From an uncultured virus (IMG/VR IMGVR_UViG_2061766007_000680) (Duplodnaviria; Heunggongvirae; Uroviricota; Caudoviricetes), in IMG/VR virus record IMGVR_UViG_2061766007_000680: a stretch of 64,000 bases of DNA; one strand, given 5' to 3'. This document shows, in pieces, positions 31,491-43,373 of this stretch. The position numbers were made by a program, and so were the translations under genes. Under the pieces are notes generated by a model. That model was not told the DNA's origin. It ran no database searches and was given only the letters and a program-made list of their open reading frames with translations. The stretch's first letter is position 1, and every line of letters starts with the position of its first letter.

Positions 31491-32315
31491 ATGAATAAAG
31501 AAGAATTAATAGAGGTATTTCAAGATACCGAGAAACATTGTAAAAGCAAGGATGCAATAGGGAACGCAAGTAAAATGTGCGTTGAGAGAACTCGTATTCT
31601 CGATTTTACAGCAAAAGAGAAAAAACACATCCATGGTAATTTAATAGTTAAAATAACAAACCTTGACACGCTGACCGCAGCAAGTAAATATGCAAAAGAT
31701 GATGATAACTTTGTTGCTGTATTGAATTTCGCTTCTGCTACTAATCCAGGAGGTGGTGTAACAAAAGGCAGTACTGCACAGGAAGAATGCTTATGTAGGT
31801 GCTCAACTCTTTATCCAGCACTAAACCAAAAGAAATGTTTTGATGAGTATTACAATATAAACAGGAATAGTGGTGATAACCGTGGTAGTGATAAAATCAT
31901 TTATACCAGAGATGTATTGGTATTCAAAGATGGCAACTACGAGATGTTAGAACCAAAAGATATGTTCTACGTTGACGTAATAACTTGTGCAGCCCCAAAT
32001 CTTAGGGAAAAACCTAAAAATGCATATAATCCAGGTGCCAATAGCGAAGCATTAAAACTAACAGATGAAGAACTATATGATATTCATGTAAGACGGGCAA
32101 GGAACATATTACATACAGCAAGAGAAAACGAAATAACTCATCTTATACTTGGTGCGTTTGGATGCGGTGCATTTAAGAATAATCCAGAGGTAGTGGCTAA
32201 TGCATATAAGGAAGTTATTCCAGAATATGAAACTGATTTTGATGTTATCGAATTTGCTATCATTGGCAAAAATGATAACTATGATATTTTCAAAAGAATA
32301 TTGTTAGATAAGTAA
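31491..32315 (+). CDS. TIGR02452/DUF2263-like bacterial PARG-type macrodomain protein (ADP-ribose glycohydrolase)
   Basis: LNFASATNPGGG...GSTAQEECLCRCSTL, VITCAAP, LILGAFGCGAF.N. Confidence 0.9.
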   Translation: MNKEELIEVFQDTEKHCKSKDAIGNASKMCVERTRILDFTAKEKKHIHGNLIVKITNLDTLTAASKYAKDDDNFVAVLNFASATNPGGGVTKGSTAQEECLCRCSTLYPALNQKKCFDEYYNINRNSGDNRGSDKIIYTRDVLVFKDGNYEMLEPKDMFYVDVITCAAPNLREKPKNAYNPGANSEALKLTDEELYDIHVRRARNILHTARENEITHLILGAFGCGAFKNNPEVVANAYKEVIPEYETDFDVIEFAIIGKNDNYDIFKRILLDK

Positions 32316-32470
32316 ATCCAGATTTCACGAAAAAATAAAAAGCGTTGGTTAAAGAATATTTGCCAGAGGATTATGAAGTATTCCAGGAGTTCTATAAGAA
32401 ACTTGCTGATAAGATGCATCCGATGGTATATGAGTTAGGATTTTTAAAATAATTTTTGCATATTTAACAC

Positions 32471-33025
32471 ATGAGATGTAATTGCGGGATAGATCCAAAA
32501 AATCTGACAGATGAACATTTGTTCGCCGAATCACGTGAATTAAAAATGCTACCTTCTCTTTTTAAAAGAGTTGGTTACGCGAATTGGAACAAGGTACCAA
32601 AAACGTTCACTTTAGGAAAGGGACATATGTTATTTTTCTTATATAAGGCTAAGTACACATACAGAAGATATATGTCCGTTCTTAAAGAATGCCAAAATAG
32701 AGGTATTGATGTAAAGAATGAAGCATACAGGTGGTTCGTGTATAATCTAGACGGTGATATTTGGAGAGAATGGAAAGAAGACGGAACGGAAAAACAAATA
32801 TTGATCAATCGAATTACTGAAAAAATAAAATTATCTCCTAAAGAATATTTTCATTATTATCATAAGAGAATAACAAAAGAAGAAGCAATAGAATTATTAC
32901 GTTCTGATGCTCATTATATGGATACAGCCGTTTTTGATACGCAAAGTGAGGCGTTGAAATTTGCACATGATATGGCCAATCAGAAAAAAACAAAAGCAAA
33001 CATTGTCATTATAAATGTGAAATAA
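32471..33025 (+). CDS. denV: Pyrimidine-dimer DNA glycosylase (T4 endonuclease V-like)
   Basis: R.N...P..L.DEHL.AE.RE, FTLGKGH..FF. Confidence 0.8.
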   Translation: MRCNCGIDPKNLTDEHLFAESRELKMLPSLFKRVGYANWNKVPKTFTLGKGHMLFFLYKAKYTYRRYMSVLKECQNRGIDVKNEAYRWFVYNLDGDIWREWKEDGTEKQILINRITEKIKLSPKEYFHYYHKRITKEEAIELLRSDAHYMDTAVFDTQSEALKFAHDMANQKKTKANIVIINVK

Positions 33026-33920
33026 TTATATGTATTACGATTTGGAATTGTACGAAATAGAAAATGCAATGAAGACTGGTCAACCGAAGGATTTATGGTT
33101 TAACCTTTTAGAAGTAGGTGACACAGTTTTTACTGGATATGGCAACGAAATTATAAGGAAGAAATATGATTCCGCTATGATTGGATTCGATGCAAATGGA
33201 GCGGACAATCTATCAAAAGATGGGTATCGTGTAATCGCTGTTTCTGCCCTCACGCCTCCAGTATCAAAATGGAAACTATTCGTAGTAAAAACGTTAAGAA
33301 AATTAAAACTATATGAAATTTGGCGTAAATATCTACGCAAAATTCAAAATGAATTCAAAGACTTATATGTACATTTAGCGTATTATGAATAATTTAGATG
33401 AAAAAGATGAAAAAAAAAATAACGGTTGTATTCCGTTATGATAATTTTAACGACTACATAAGAGATTATGTGTGCTGGGATTTCCAACTGCCGAAAGAAG
33501 GTGACATAGTATATCTGTTACAAAACTACGGTGAGGTCAAATCAGTTGAGAAACTGGCGGATTCTGGAGGTATGGAACGTTATCTATGCAGGATAATTGA
33601 AAACAACACGGAATGTGTTAAACGTAAATTTAATGAATTATTAGATGATTTGTTAGATGATATGTCAACGTGTAAAACTATTGCGCAAATCTCCCATGTT
33701 AATGGTGAGTTAACACTTGAAGTTGATAGTTCCCCAAGATTTATTGATCAAGCACCTGGCGGATATCCAAAAGATTGTATTGCTTTTAAATTACCTTGGC
33801 TTATGGAATATATTCAAACCGATGTGGAATACAGTAAGGAGAATCTCATGGCGCTTAAATGCGTTTTGATGGAAAGATTCTATAAACTAAAAGACGTAAG
33901 GGCAATATTCTTTAAATAAT

Positions 33921-34328
33921 ATGGAAGCAAAAAGTAAAACACATAAAGTCGTATATAATGCGGAATACGGAGGCTTTGGCTTGTCAGACGAGGCTGTTAG
34001 ATGGCTTGAATATAACGCAGAAGATGAGGAATTGCGTAATTTCTTACAAGAAGAGAGAAAAAGATTGTCTCAAAAAAAATCAGATTGGGGTAGTATAGAA
34101 GGATGCATGCAAAGTTCTCTTAAATACAACTTTAAAGAGCATGGAATACCTCGTCATCACCCAGATCTTATAAAGGTAGTTGAGACACTTAAGAAAAAAG
34201 CCGATGGCGAATACTCTGGTTTAAAAATTGCAAAAATAAAAGGTAATTTATATCGTATAGACGAATACGATGGCTGGGAAACAGTTGTCGAACCAGATGA
34301 TTATGAATGGATACATATTGACGAATAA
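33921..34328 (+). CDS. Conserved phage protein, paralog of 53997..54410
   Basis: VYNA.YGGF.LS, RHHPDL..VE, YRIDEYDGWE. Confidence 0.85.
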   Translation: MEAKSKTHKVVYNAEYGGFGLSDEAVRWLEYNAEDEELRNFLQEERKRLSQKKSDWGSIEGCMQSSLKYNFKEHGIPRHHPDLIKVVETLKKKADGEYSGLKIAKIKGNLYRIDEYDGWETVVEPDDYEWIHIDE

Positions 34329-35018
34329 TATGAAAAAGTCCGAATCCATTGAAGAAATGCGTAAAACATGCAATATAATGTGGGGAGATAAAGTAAAAGA
34401 TTGGGATGATAAAAAGGTAGAGGAATACTATCAATTGTATAAACAAGGATTTTTTAATTTGAAATAATATGAAAAAGCAAGAATTAATATTAAAAATACA
34501 GACGGAAACATACCATTGCCGTAGAATATTTGAATCTTGTGTAACAGAACCTCAGGTTAAAAACGCATTGAGATTAGCAAATTCATTAGTTAGTAAATGG
34601 TTTGCAATACTTGGAAATCATTTTGAAGTACTATCAAGTCGTTACTGTGAGATTTCTAGATGGATAATGGACGCTTCTAATGACCTTACCAAGTTTTATA
34701 ATGAAGCAAAACGTAGAGTATCCGAGGAAAATAATAAAATACAACAAGGATATTTGGATTAATTATGGCACAAAACGAATTTAAGTGGATTGATTGTTCT
34801 CGCAGAAAGCCAAAGAACAGTGTTGATGACTATTGTTTGGCTCAAATACAGGAAATCAATGGTTACCAGTGGATTCCTAGAGTAATGGAATATCGCGAAC
34901 AGTTGGATGATTGGAGGGATGATGAACTTGGATTCCTTAAAAGCCATGGTGGTTCGTTTGTTGTAACTCACTGGGCAAAATTACCAGAACATCCTAAAAA
35001 GAAAATATTAAGAAAATT

Positions 35019-35450
35019 ATGAACACACATGAAACATACGTATCGCTCGAAGTAGCTAAGTTATTAAAGAAAGCAGGATTTGATTGGATAGACTGTAATT
35101 TTGTTTACGCAATTTTTAACAATAAAGTAGAACTACTCAAACACACACGTGTTATCAATGATTATGAATCAAACCTCAGACCAGGATTAGGACCGTTTGA
35201 TAGAGATAGTTATATCTGTAAATATTATGCACCAACTCTCGAAGTAGCACAAAGATGGTTGAGAGAAGTAAAAGGAATTGTCCTTCTTATTTGGTATGAC
35301 CATAGAGATAGGTTTGGCTATTCTGCTAAAAGCAAAGTATTTGATATTGATTTAAGTTTTGAATTTACAGGAGATAAAAAAACATATGAAGAAGCACAAG
35401 AAGCAGGTATTAAGAAATGTTTAACTTTAATTTTAGAGAAAGATGAATAA
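35019..35450 (+). CDS. Family C protein
   Basis: Family motifs. Confidence 0.9.
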   Translation: MNTHETYVSLEVAKLLKKAGFDWIDCNFVYAIFNNKVELLKHTRVINDYESNLRPGLGPFDRDSYICKYYAPTLEVAQRWLREVKGIVLLIWYDHRDRFGYSAKSKVFDIDLSFEFTGDKKTYEEAQEAGIKKCLTLILEKDE

Positions 35451-35673
35451 AGAGGAATTAAGGCAACAAGCAGCAATAAGTATTCTAAATTCACTATTGG
35501 AAACAACACAGCATTCAGTAGTTGAATCTATTGCAATTAAAGACGTTTATGCACACGTAGCCGTTATGTATGCAGATTCATTAATTAAAGCATTACAAAT
35601 GGATGGAGAAAATATTGAAAAAATGGTAAGTGATGAATGTGAAAAAATAAAAAGAAAATTTGAAAAAATGTAG
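35443..35673 (+). CDS. Hypothetical protein, homolog of 5516
   Basis: RQQAAISILNSLLETT. Confidence 0.85.
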   Translation: MNKEELRQQAAISILNSLLETTQHSVVESIAIKDVYAHVAVMYADSLIKALQMDGENIEKMVSDECEKIKRKFEKM

Positions 35674-35719
35674 TTTATTTATGAAATAACAATTAGTGGC
35701 AAAATAATTAATTGTTATT

Positions 35720-35775
35720 TTTTTGCTCCAAAATTTGTATATTTGAAAAAAATGTAGTACTTTTGCAGCAGAAAT
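35720..35775 (+). promoter_or_regulatory. Bacteroidota-type promoter (TACTTTTG at 35758); other copies with -7 boxes at 24840, 39721, 41853, 48323 and 59930
   Basis: Recurrent 'aaatttt.tat..(a-rich)..TAnnTTTGc' in intergenic gaps. Confidence 0.8.
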
Positions 35776-35798
35776 TGAAAAACAAAGTACAATTAAAA

Positions 35799-36452
35799 AT
35801 GGAATTAGAAGATATTTTTGACGAAGTGTCTACTCGCACAAAGAATCACAAGACACGTTTAGCAAAGGTTGAACTGTATCTTGAAGTACCTACACAGGAT
35901 GGAGAAACGGTTCTCGGAGAAGACGGAACTCTGAATTATATTGAGGAGGCTCTGGAGGCCAAGGGTATTACTTTCACATCATTTGGTGATATTAATTTGT
36001 CACCTATATTCGATGATGAGGTTGAGAAATATAAGAAGCCAGTTGGCTACCTCGCTCCAGATGGCAAATTCTATGTTATCGAGTCTGACGAGGATGGATT
36101 GGCTCATTTAGCATTAGCACCACTTGTTGAAAAAGCATACGAAGACACTATTGATTATAGACTTATGTGTTCAACATATGGCCTTGATTATGATCTAGAA
36201 AAGGCTGGCTTTATTAAAGTACATCAATATGAAATTCGTTATTTTTCACATTGTGCAGTAAATACGCGAGATGGATGGATGGATTCACCAGACCCAACAG
36301 AAGAACAAAAGTCTGCGCTTGTTAGATACATTAAGAAGTTCAATCTCGATCGCGAGGTATTTGTTAACGAACACCGATATACAGTAAAAGAACTCACGAA
36401 GATTCTAAATGAAGGTGACGAATTAAGTGTAAGAAAGGTTTTTGAGATTTAA
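35799..36452 (+). CDS. Hypothetical protein
   Basis: ATG downstream of the promoter; GYLAPDGKFY motif. Confidence 0.8.
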   Translation: MELEDIFDEVSTRTKNHKTRLAKVELYLEVPTQDGETVLGEDGTLNYIEEALEAKGITFTSFGDINLSPIFDDEVEKYKKPVGYLAPDGKFYVIESDEDGLAHLALAPLVEKAYEDTIDYRLMCSTYGLDYDLEKAGFIKVHQYEIRYFSHCAVNTRDGWMDSPDPTEEQKSALVRYIKKFNLDREVFVNEHRYTVKELTKILNEGDELSVRKVFEI

Positions 36453-36461
36453 TAATAAATT

Positions 36462-36974
36462 ATGGGTAGTATAGTAACAGTAAATGGAAAAACATACAAT
36501 CTTCCGAGTGGAAACGTAAGTGTCATCGGCAACAAAGTGTACTGCGATGGTAAACTTGTAGAAGATTGTAATGATATCAAAGAAAAAGAAATCACTATTA
36601 TTGTGTATGGTGAAAACAACACTATTAAAACTGATTGCGGAGATATAACAGTTAACGGAAACGCAAACAATGTTTCGTCCGCAAGTGGCGATATTCAAAT
36701 AGCGGGTAATACCAATAATGTATCAACAACAAGTGGCGATGTTACCATACGTGGTGATATTCACGGAAATTGTCAAACACTTAGTGGTGACATAAAAGCA
36801 AAACAGATTAGAAATAATGTTCATGACTTTACGACAGGAAAGGCCAATGATTTTACAACACAAGAAATTATAGCGGGTGTAGAAGCACAAAGAGTTAAAC
36901 CACAGGTTTACAAAGCAAAAAAGAAAACTTCTTGGTTTAAAGAATTACTATTTGCAATTTTTGGAGAAGAATAA
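36462..36974 (+). CDS. DUF4097-like beta-strand repeat protein
   Basis: Repeated [ST]-x-[SC]-GD-[IV]-x-[IV] units. Confidence 0.7.
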   Translation: MGSIVTVNGKTYNLPSGNVSVIGNKVYCDGKLVEDCNDIKEKEITIIVYGENNTIKTDCGDITVNGNANNVSSASGDIQIAGNTNNVSTTSGDVTIRGDIHGNCQTLSGDIKAKQIRNNVHDFTTGKANDFTTQEIIAGVEAQRVKPQVYKAKKKTSWFKELLFAIFGEE

Positions 36975-37021
36975 TAGAATTAGTAAAAACAAAGAAAAAA
37001 TAATTAAAGATTTTTGTAAAT

Positions 37022-38365
37022 ATGTTAGAAATAAAAGGTAAATATACCTCCGCTCTTGTTACGAACGACAACACAGAGGCAGAAGCAATTGCTCAAATAT
37101 ATTCAATTGTGAATTGTAAGGCATATGATGGTTGTAAAATAGTAATACAGCCAGATGCCCATTGCGGTAAAGGTTCTGTAATCGGTTTCTGCTGCAAAAT
37201 AGGAAACTATGTCGATCCAAGAACGGTTGGTGTCGATATTGGTTGCGAAATATCTATGCACCTTTATGATAAGCCAATTCCTGAGGATAAATACGCTGAG
37301 TTAAATCATCGTATTCTTAAGGAGTGTGGATGGGGATTCAATTTGTCACCAAAGAAAATGTACGATGACAAGGAATTGTATCGTTTTTTATCAACCGAGT
37401 TTCGTAAGGCCAAGTCTGCTCATCCAGATATTTTCTATGGATTACCAGATACGGTAACAGAAAAATGGGTAACTGATATGCTTGACCGTATAGGAATGGA
37501 TGAAAAAACGTGGTATTATTCTATAAATTCTTTCGGTTCGGGTAATCACTACTGTGAATATGATGTAAACGAGGATGCTGGATTATACGGAATATCGGTA
37601 CATTGTGGCTCTCGTAATTTCGGAGTTAAAGTATGTAATTACTGGGAGAATAAATCTAAAGGCGGTTCTCTTTCTAAAACACAAATAAAAGAAGCCACGG
37701 AGATTTTTAAGCAAAAGTATATCAAAGAACATACAAATTCAAACGGTTCTAGAGATATGACTGGCTTTAAAGACGCCCTAAAAGCACACTTAAATTTTTT
37801 ACAGAAAGATCACATCGAAGGTTTCTTAACTGGAGAAAATATGAAAGGTTATTTCTGTGATATGTATGTTGCTCGTTGCTATGCAATGTTTAATCATATT
37901 ATCATTCACAGAGTAATAGACGGAATGGTTTCTAAATATGGGTGTAAAGTTGTAGAGGAAATTGTGTCAGTTCACAATTACATAGATTTCTCAGAAGAAA
38001 CACCTATTATTAGAAAAGGTGCTATTCGTTCTTATGTAGGAGAAAAGATGCTTGTGCCATTTAATATGCGTGATGGTGTTGCCATTTGTGAGGGTAAATC
38101 CAATGCTGATTGGTTGAATTCATGCTCGCATGGTGCTGGCCGCAAGATGTCTCGTTCCGCCGCAAAGAAAAATGTATCACTTGATGAGTTTAAAGAATCA
38201 ATGGCTGGTATATATTCTACTAGTGTATGTACAGGTACACTTGATGAATCACCAATGGCCTATAAAGACACTAACGAGATTGCTCGTTTGATTGAAGATA
38301 CATGTACTATTAAGTATATGATGAAACCACGTATTAACATTAAAGCAACCGACGAGGTTGATTAA
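37022..38365 (+). CDS. rtcB: RtcB-family RNA ligase
   Basis: PDAH.GKG..IG, GVDIGC, GSGNHY.E, H.GSR, HNY, RKGA, SHGAGR, DESP.AYK. Confidence 0.95.
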   Translation: MLEIKGKYTSALVTNDNTEAEAIAQIYSIVNCKAYDGCKIVIQPDAHCGKGSVIGFCCKIGNYVDPRTVGVDIGCEISMHLYDKPIPEDKYAELNHRILKECGWGFNLSPKKMYDDKELYRFLSTEFRKAKSAHPDIFYGLPDTVTEKWVTDMLDRIGMDEKTWYYSINSFGSGNHYCEYDVNEDAGLYGISVHCGSRNFGVKVCNYWENKSKGGSLSKTQIKEATEIFKQKYIKEHTNSNGSRDMTGFKDALKAHLNFLQKDHIEGFLTGENMKGYFCDMYVARCYAMFNHIIIHRVIDGMVSKYGCKVVEEIVSVHNYIDFSEETPIIRKGAIRSYVGEKMLVPFNMRDGVAICEGKSNADWLNSCSHGAGRKMSRSAAKKNVSLDEFKESMAGIYSTSVCTGTLDESPMAYKDTNEIARLIEDTCTIKYMMKPRINIKATDEVD

Positions 38366-39518
38366 AATTATGGAGAAAATTAAATATATTTTACAATTTA
38401 GCGAAGATTTCAAAAAAATCTACGAAAGAGAAAGAGGTCACTTTGTGTGGTCAGAGGATATGTGTCAAGTAATATTAAACACCATGCCAACAAAGGATGG
38501 CGACGACTATGTTTATGAATTTGAAACAAGCCACAAACTTGGATGTTGTTTGACTTATCGGGCTAACAAAATAACAGTTAATGGCAAAGTTATAAAAAAC
38601 AGATATGGTCATACTGATTACGAGCCGTCAGATGAGAATTTGGCACAACTACGTGAGCATGGACAACGTAATATGAACGTAATCAAAGAGATCGCTAGGG
38701 AGGTTGCGAAAGGATACGGCGGAGAAATAATGGAACCTATCATTGAGCATCACGAGGAGTTGATGAGAGAGAAAAAAGCTAAAAATTTCTTTAAAAACAC
38801 TTTATAAAATATGGGAATGTACACAGAATTTATTTTTGGATGCGAGTTATCCAAAAGCACACCGAAGGTATGTATTGATGCCTTGGACTATGTAATTAAC
38901 GGCGAAGAAAAAAAGCCAAAGTATGAGAACCCTGAGGGATGGGAGCAAGAACGTTTCAACGACAATTATATTGAGCGAACAACTCCTGTTGAGGAAATAG
39001 AGAAGTTCATTGAAGAATATGACTTCTATCGACTATTCTGTTCTTGTTCTTATTATTTTGGGGCAGATAATCCATACAGCAAATTCCATTACGATAAAAT
39101 AGCGGATACATATAAGATTTCCACTAGGGCCGACCTGAAAAACTACGAAGGTCAGATTGAGAAATTTATTGAATACATTAGGCCATATGTGGAACATGGA
39201 TCTGGCTTCCCTCATAGGATTTTTGCTTATGTTCAATATGAAGAGGAACAATTCCCAACCATTTATGCAATGGATGGCACATATAGTGATCCAACATTCG
39301 ATGGACAGGTAAAAAAGCAGGAAGAGCGCATTAAACATTTATATGACACTCTGAGTAAAATTTATATGGCCATTGATCCAGATTGGAGTGTTACCGAAGA
39401 GGTGTATGCTAAGCACGGAATCACTAATCCAGAAGAGTACGGAAAAGAGAATTACGATACAATTTGGAGGTGGTTTGCTGAACATATTGAGGAAAAATAT
39501 GCTAAAAAAGAAGAGTGA
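38358..39518 (+). CDS. Two hypothetical proteins (38358..38807 and 38811..39518)
   Basis: Long abutting ORFs. Confidence 0.75.
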
Positions 39519-39751
39519 AAAACAACTTCCATACATGGATCAGTAAATAGATAATTTATTAATAGAAATTCACCCTATTTTTTACTATATTAAAGGTATT
39601 ATGAGTTACCTATTTTATTAACAAAATTTATTTTTCCCAATGTTTTAAATCGCTTAATTATTTAGTGCAAAAAAAGTACTATTTTTAGGCGATCATTTTT
39701 TTACTACTTAAAAATTTTTGTATATTTGTAATGGCTAAAATAATTTGAATT

Positions 39752-41123
39752 ATGAGTAGTTATTTAACAATTTACGCAAAATTAAAAAACGTAGAAAAGC
39801 CTGCTCCAATTATTTCATGGAGTAGGAATAATAAAGTATATCAAGCAATGAGTCATGGCATCGCTTATATCGGTAATGAAGATAAAATGAACTTCACTGA
39901 ACTTGGAGTTGATTTGATCAATGAAAGTATAAACGATGTTAGAACCGAAATGAAGCGTGCAGAAAAATATCTTGCTGAGTACGAAAAGCGCGCTGATAAA
40001 AATGAAGAATACATCAACTACATTGTTGAAACTAAAGATGAACTCGAAGAATGTGAAAATGCAATTCACGAGATGGAATTCATTAAAGCATTGATAGATG
40101 ATATTTCTTATACTGATTATATAAAAGACGACGACAAAGAACTTAGTCGTGTCGAAAAATATCTAGCAAACATAGACTAATATGAAAAATAACGATCCGT
40201 ATTATCTTGGTAACGACACACAGTTACCAACAAAGTTAATTGTAAAAACAACCGATACAACTATAGAACAAGATTTGCATTGGGATACTTCTTTAGAAGA
40301 TTACATGCACGCGTTCTATACTGCAATGATTGGCGTTGGTTTTATACCAGAGTCTATTATTGGCGGAATGAGAGAATTTGTGGAAGAATATTCACCATCA
40401 GAAAAATAATGAGAAGAAGATTACATCTAAAAGAAAAACTACTATTACCATTTCAGCAAATACGAAATTGGTTTTTAGTTAAGAGGTTTCCGTTTCTGAA
40501 ACCATCGCTTGGTTATGGGTGTGATATGGAATACCATAGAAATGGATACAAATACCATTACGAGGAAACTTGGTTAGATTGTTTACCACGAGGATGGAGG
40601 AAAGCATTTGGTACTAAACTATGTAAAGATCTAAAAAATGTTATTGAAAAATATGACATCAAAGATTATTACGTGAGCCAAGTCAAAGAAAAGTTCGGAA
40701 CTCTATGTTGGTATAGCGAAGGTGGTAATACTGAAACATTCAAAGCAATTAGTAAATATATTGATATGTCTGAAGATATTTGTCAATATTGTGGAAAACC
40801 TGCAGAGTGTTATACTTCAAGATGGATTGGTTTCTACTGCAAAGATTGTGCAAAAAAATATAATCTTGAAGTTAAAGATTTAGAGAAGAAAAATGAAACA
40901 CGATAAATATTTTGACGGTCATGTTACAATAACACTAAAATTTCCACTTCGTTTTAAAGTCGATGCAGAAGATGTTGAATACTTGGATAATAATGGAAAT
41001 TCATACTTCGAAGAGGAATGGGAATACGGCCCAGAAGAAATACTTAAACAGAGCGAACAATTAAAACAATTTGTAAAAGAATATAAAGATAATATAGAAG
41101 AAATTGTAGTAGAGGAAATATGA
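39752..41123 (+). CDS. Four hypothetical proteins (39752..40180, 40182..40409, 40409..40906, 40893..41123)
   Basis: Abutting ORFs; three have homologs elsewhere in the window. Confidence 0.75.
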
Positions 41124-41812
41124 CAGATAGTGAAAAAATGATCATAGTTTTTTACATTGATGTAACTAATTTAGATTATATTGATGTTCCACAATATATG
41201 GAAACAGTAAAAAACGTAATGGTATTTGATGACACCGTAAGACCATTGTTTATACCAATAAAAGATTGCGGTCACACAAAAGTAGATGTGATTAACCCGC
41301 AACACCTATCAAAGAGCGAATACAAAAAAATTGTTAAAAGGCTTGATGATACCCTGAAACACATTAGTGAGGAATATGACGAAATGAAAAAAAGAAGCAA
41401 AAAAATTGCAAACAATGGAATCGAAGAATTCAAGCACTACTACCTGGTTAATGGATTAAAAGTACATTGGAATTTTAAATTATTGCCAAGTGGGTTTGAA
41501 GCAATAACTCTATTCGGCCACATTTTTGATGTAAGGCCTAAAGATGATCTGCTATGTTTTTTAAAAACAACAAGCGGAAAGGTGATGGTTAATCATGAGA
41601 GGATCCACACGTTACAAGGCAAATCATTCAAATTAGGATATTTCACGTTCTATATAGTATATCTATGGTATTGGTTCATTGGGTTGTTTAAATATGGGGT
41701 GAAAAATAATGCATCGTATTACCATATACCGTTTGAGGTAGAAGCGTATACAAATGAGCGAGATTTTAGTTACGAAGAAACAAAATGGAGGGAATATATA
41801 GGAAAATGTTAA
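41120..41812 (+). CDS. Two-domain protein; C-terminal HExxH zincin-like domain
   Basis: AITLFG, NHERIH..Q, PFEVEAY. Confidence 0.65.
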   Translation: MTDSEKMIIVFYIDVTNLDYIDVPQYMETVKNVMVFDDTVRPLFIPIKDCGHTKVDVINPQHLSKSEYKKIVKRLDDTLKHISEEYDEMKKRSKKIANNGIEEFKHYYLVNGLKVHWNFKLLPSGFEAITLFGHIFDVRPKDDLLCFLKTTSGKVMVNHERIHTLQGKSFKLGYFTFYIVYLWYWFIGLFKYGVKNNASYYHIPFEVEAYTNERDFSYEETKWREYIGKC

Positions 41813-42528
41813 TTTTTCTTCCCCAAAATTTTTATAAATGAAAAAAATGTTGTACCTTTGCGGCAGATTTAAAATTTGACACGTATGAGAAGAACCGAAA
41901 ATTTTAAAAAAGAACTTATTCCTATCAAAAAAGGCTTAATGCGAGAAATTGCTTCGTTGCTCTTAAACGGACGTTTCGATATGGCGAAAGAGACGCCTAT
42001 CTACTACTACGATGGCGATTCTATTGGAGGACCAATAAGAATTTCATTCAATTATATTGAAGGCGATGAAAATGAAATCAAACTCAGACGTTTAGATATG
42101 CCATTCGCTTGTCAGATTAGTTTTGATGTCGAAGAGAACATTACAACAGGTATTGTTTCTGGTGAGATAATGTTTCTTTCGAAGTTACTTGATTACATGG
42201 AGTTGGACCGAAAAGGTATAATTTAAAAATATGTTTATGAATAAATTATACAAAGAGGGGTATGTCATCGAAATAAATGACACCATAAATAACAAAGTGC
42301 TTTATTACCATCACACTGGATATCTTGGGCTTTACGAGACATACCATACAACCGACACACCTCTTGAAGCAGAAGTATTTAAAACCAAAAAAGAAGCATT
42401 AGAGGCCAAAAATAGTATGTATCGTAGATACCCTAAAAAAGATACTGGATATTGCTATAAAATTCGCTTTATTCGAATTAATATGTATTATGAATTTCCA
42501 AAGTATTAACATTTAAAAAAAATATAAT

Positions 42529-43332
42529 ATGTCACATTTTGTAGGTTTGGTGGTTTTAACACCAGGTTATTTAGAAAAACATGATTTGGATATGTCTCTC
42601 GAAAAGTATAATGAAAATCGAGAGGTACAAGAGTATTCGAAGGGTCCAGTTAGTGATTATGAGAAGTTGGAGTTTATTGAGTACTACAAATTTAAGGACG
42701 GTACAATATCTCCAGAGCACGACCATAAGGACTTATGGCAGATTCTATATGATAGGCTTCGAGAAGAAGGAAAAGTAGAGGAGTTTGACCAAGAAAAGCA
42801 TCGTACCATTTATCTATTGCTGAATGATGCTCTTGGCGAGGATGGATTCCAAAAGGCTTATGTTGAACTTTTCAACGAATTATATCCAGGCCTTTTAGAA
42901 CAATTCAGCGAACTTTACGAGGAAAACGGTGTAGATTGGGATAGTAATTCTTGGCGGTTCAACTATGTTACTAGCCAATGGGAAAAATATTCCACTTATA
43001 ATCCAGATTCAAAATGGGACTGGTATACTGAAGGTGGCCGTTGGGATGGATGTTTAAAGAACAAGGACGGTGAACACGTTAATGAATGTTTACTTAACCA
43101 ATTAGATTTGTCAAGCCCGACACCAAAAGACGGTGAAGATTATTATATTGGTGAGAATTCAGCACCGTTCTGTTTGGTTGTTGACGGTGAGTGGATTGAA
43201 AAAGGCCAAATGGGTTTGTGGGGTATTTCAACAAATAACAAACCCCAAGATGTTTGGAATACTGAATTTATGAACATCATAAATAAACTTCCTGGTAACT
43301 CCGAAGTGCATCTCATTGATTTCCACATTTAA
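42529..43332 (+). CDS. Conserved phage hypothetical protein
   Basis: MSHFVGLV, YNPDSKWDWY..GGRW, DGEWIEKG.MG, IDFHI. Confidence 0.8.
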   Translation: MSHFVGLVVLTPGYLEKHDLDMSLEKYNENREVQEYSKGPVSDYEKLEFIEYYKFKDGTISPEHDHKDLWQILYDRLREEGKVEEFDQEKHRTIYLLLNDALGEDGFQKAYVELFNELYPGLLEQFSELYEENGVDWDSNSWRFNYVTSQWEKYSTYNPDSKWDWYTEGGRWDGCLKNKDGEHVNECLLNQLDLSSPTPKDGEDYYIGENSAPFCLVVDGEWIEKGQMGLWGISTNNKPQDVWNTEFMNIINKLPGNSEVHLIDFHI

Positions 43333-43373
43333 TTATAACAATACAAAATATAAAATTTAACAATATAAAACTT

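Noticed and set aside
39520..39750. Replication origin in an AT-rich 230-bp gap
   Set aside because: No iterons or strand switch were seen; only a promoter-like TATATTTG at 39721 is supportable.
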